NCBI GenBank assembly: GCA_965202585.1
Contig: OZ241827.1
Coordinates: forward strand, 60,946,001 to 61,010,000
Origin: Thalia democratica
Lineage: Eukaryota
Length of the DNA stretch: 64,000 nt
Direction of reading: 5' to 3'
The notes under the pieces were generated by a model. The model did not search any database. It saw nothing but the letters and a program-made list of their open reading frames with translations, and had not been told where the DNA came from. Shown piece by piece: positions 62,601-64,000 of this stretch (its first letter is position 1; the number at the start of each line of letters is the position of its first letter). A program made the position numbers and the translations under genes.

Positions 62601-63597
62601 AAAACCTAAATCAATTTTTTAACTTGTAACTCGGACAATATTACTTTTTAAAAATGAAAAAAAAAAGCTTTAGAAAAATTTACTTCGAACACATTCACAA
62701 CTAAAAATAAGCTAGTTTACCATAACCTTATTTCATAACACGTTTGCTATCGTACATACTTTTTTCTTTCTTAAATAAAATTACTCTAAAATGTTATGGC
62801 TTGCAAAAAATTTTATATTTTGTTAAATTCATCCCATTTATCATATAGGGCTACCAATTCAGGGCTGCCACAGATCAGGCTGAAACTTTTATCCTGACTT
62901 TTCTAAATCGAATTCCTAATTATAGGTGACTCAAAAGCACATAACCAAAGACTTAAAAGATTTTAATTTATACCAATAGTTCGACTAGTCTCTGAAAAAA
63001 AAAAAATTTGCTTGCAAATGTTTTTACAAAGTAACTTTAGCAATATGCAGTTTTTAGAAATAACAGGAAAGTTTTTTAAAATAACAGGAAAGTCAAAAAG
63101 TTTTCCTATTAAGAGTATATCAAACTTTTTGACTTTCCTGTTATTTTTTTCAAAATTCCCACTTTTTCCTGACTTTTGTCATTTTTTAGTTTTTACTGAC
63201 TTTGTGGCAACCCTGCCAATTCTTGCATAAAGCTTTTACATAAGAGCCGGTGATAACTTTTAAATAAAGTAATTCTTATACCCAAAAATGGTATTTAACT
63301 TCAATAATTTTTAATACAAATAAATAAATAATCGACATAATCCTTTTACCATGAAATCAGTGACTAATAAAGCATATCATGTGCCTGTTGTACACTTTTA
63401 TACAAACTATAAACTTAAAAAAAACCAAACTTGATGAAAACGACAAAAAATGACCACATACTTTGGTGAGGATGGTTTCAAACAGGCCGGCGTTGGCGTC
63501 GAAACAGCTCGCGTACAAGATGGCGTCCTCGCGCCTGTGAAAGTCAGCTATCTGCTTCTCCAAGTCCTTGTGGATGGACTGAGTTCCGCATATGAAC
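56699..63597 (-). CDS. GCAT: 2-amino-3-ketobutyrate CoA ligase (glycine C-acetyltransferase), last seven exons; 5' exons lie beyond the window
   Basis: Exons 63597-63462, 61782-61651, 60893-60739, 60177-60095, 59871-59740, 59362-59198, 56847-56699, with consistent phases. Motifs [42 protein letters not shown], the PLP lysine in [16 protein letters not shown] and ARIRVQIS. Confidence 0.96.
60862..61123. repeat. 39-bp direct repeat (GCAT acceptor + exon start) flanking a 184-bp insert of tandem units
   Basis: ccgtccgtcactatcagccggttcctgca(c/t)cgctgtttg at 60862-60900 and 61085-61123. The insert 60901-61084 has ~3 units of ttaggttt.ttagtaca.tgctt.ttcacttatccg, resembling a pogo/Tigger-type TIR (tacagtg...cacttatccg). 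Confidence 0.9.
62860..63215. mobile_element. hAT-like MITE in a GCAT intron
   Basis: cagggctgccac / gtggcaaccctg termini with ccaatt duplicated on both sides (62854-62859, 63216-63221). Sits just after a stub of another terminus (tagggctacca). Confidence 0.7.
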
Positions 63598-64000
63598 CTA
63601 ATTGTCAAAAGTAATTGTTAAGTAAATTGTTTAGGTTGAGTGTTATTTTGAAACTATGCAATTTTTATCAATTGTTCAGTACATGGATTAGATGTTATGT
63701 TTTGTAAAAGTGTTAAACAAGTCTAAAACGGCTATTTAGTTTTATGATTTTTGTTTGCATGTAATCTACTCTAGCTGTTTGTTCATATATGTTAAAAATA
63801 TATTTGTTTTTCAAAAATGTTTGAACAAAACTTCTTCTTTAGAATTTTCACTACAAAAAAAACAAAAAACTTCAAAAAAACGTTAAAGAATATTATTTTT
63901 ACTAAATACTATTAAGAAATATTTCATAATTAAATGCTAAACTAACATTTTATCGTTCAATATTCAAACATTTAAATTTTATCTAAAATAGAAACTTTTT

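Noticed and set aside
1-64000. CRISPR arrays, rRNA, tRNA genes, prokaryotic operons or selenocysteine read-through in the Penelope ORF
   Set aside because: None seen. The sequence is spliced eukaryotic DNA, no regularly spaced repeat-spacer array or tRNA cloverleaf was found by eye, and the Penelope ORF has no in-frame TGA.

Overview
A very AT-rich, intron-containing eukaryotic window from an invertebrate animal. The LDLa-type GPCR, bimodal CpG pattern and secreted gene content are tunicate-like, but this is inference and the taxon cannot be fixed from sequence alone. Every gene or gene-like ORF I could model in full lies on the minus strand. These are an intronless-CDS three-RRM RNA-binding protein (15.5-16.9 kb), a 9-exon secreted coiled-coil + sushi + fibrinogen-domain protein (25.6-28.8 kb), a frameshifted LDLa-GPCR pseudogene (32-33.4 kb), a frameshifted intronless calpain-like pseudogene (34.5-35.6 kb), a 7-exon secreted tandem stefin-fold protein missed by the ORF track (39.5-42.6 kb), a GPI-anchored Ly6/three-finger-like protein (47.7-48.2 kb) and the last seven exons of GCAT (56.7-63.6 kb). 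Intergenic and intronic DNA is full of hAT- and Kolobok-type non-autonomous elements, LINE relics and a probable 7SL-derived relic. The most notable RNA-level signal is a set of minimal type-I hammerhead ribozymes. One sits at the 3' end of a 5'-truncated Penelope-like element with an uninterrupted RT+GIY-YIG ORF and a 15-bp TSD (52.3-54.8 kb). One, plus a broken inverted copy, sits in a second Penelope relic (13.0-13.7 kb). One variant-core hammerhead lies in a ~240-bp inverted-repeat-bounded unit with no adjacent ORF, which looks retrozyme- or solo-pLTR-like (31.1-31.35 kb). All exon models, structures and counts were derived by hand; no database search was run.
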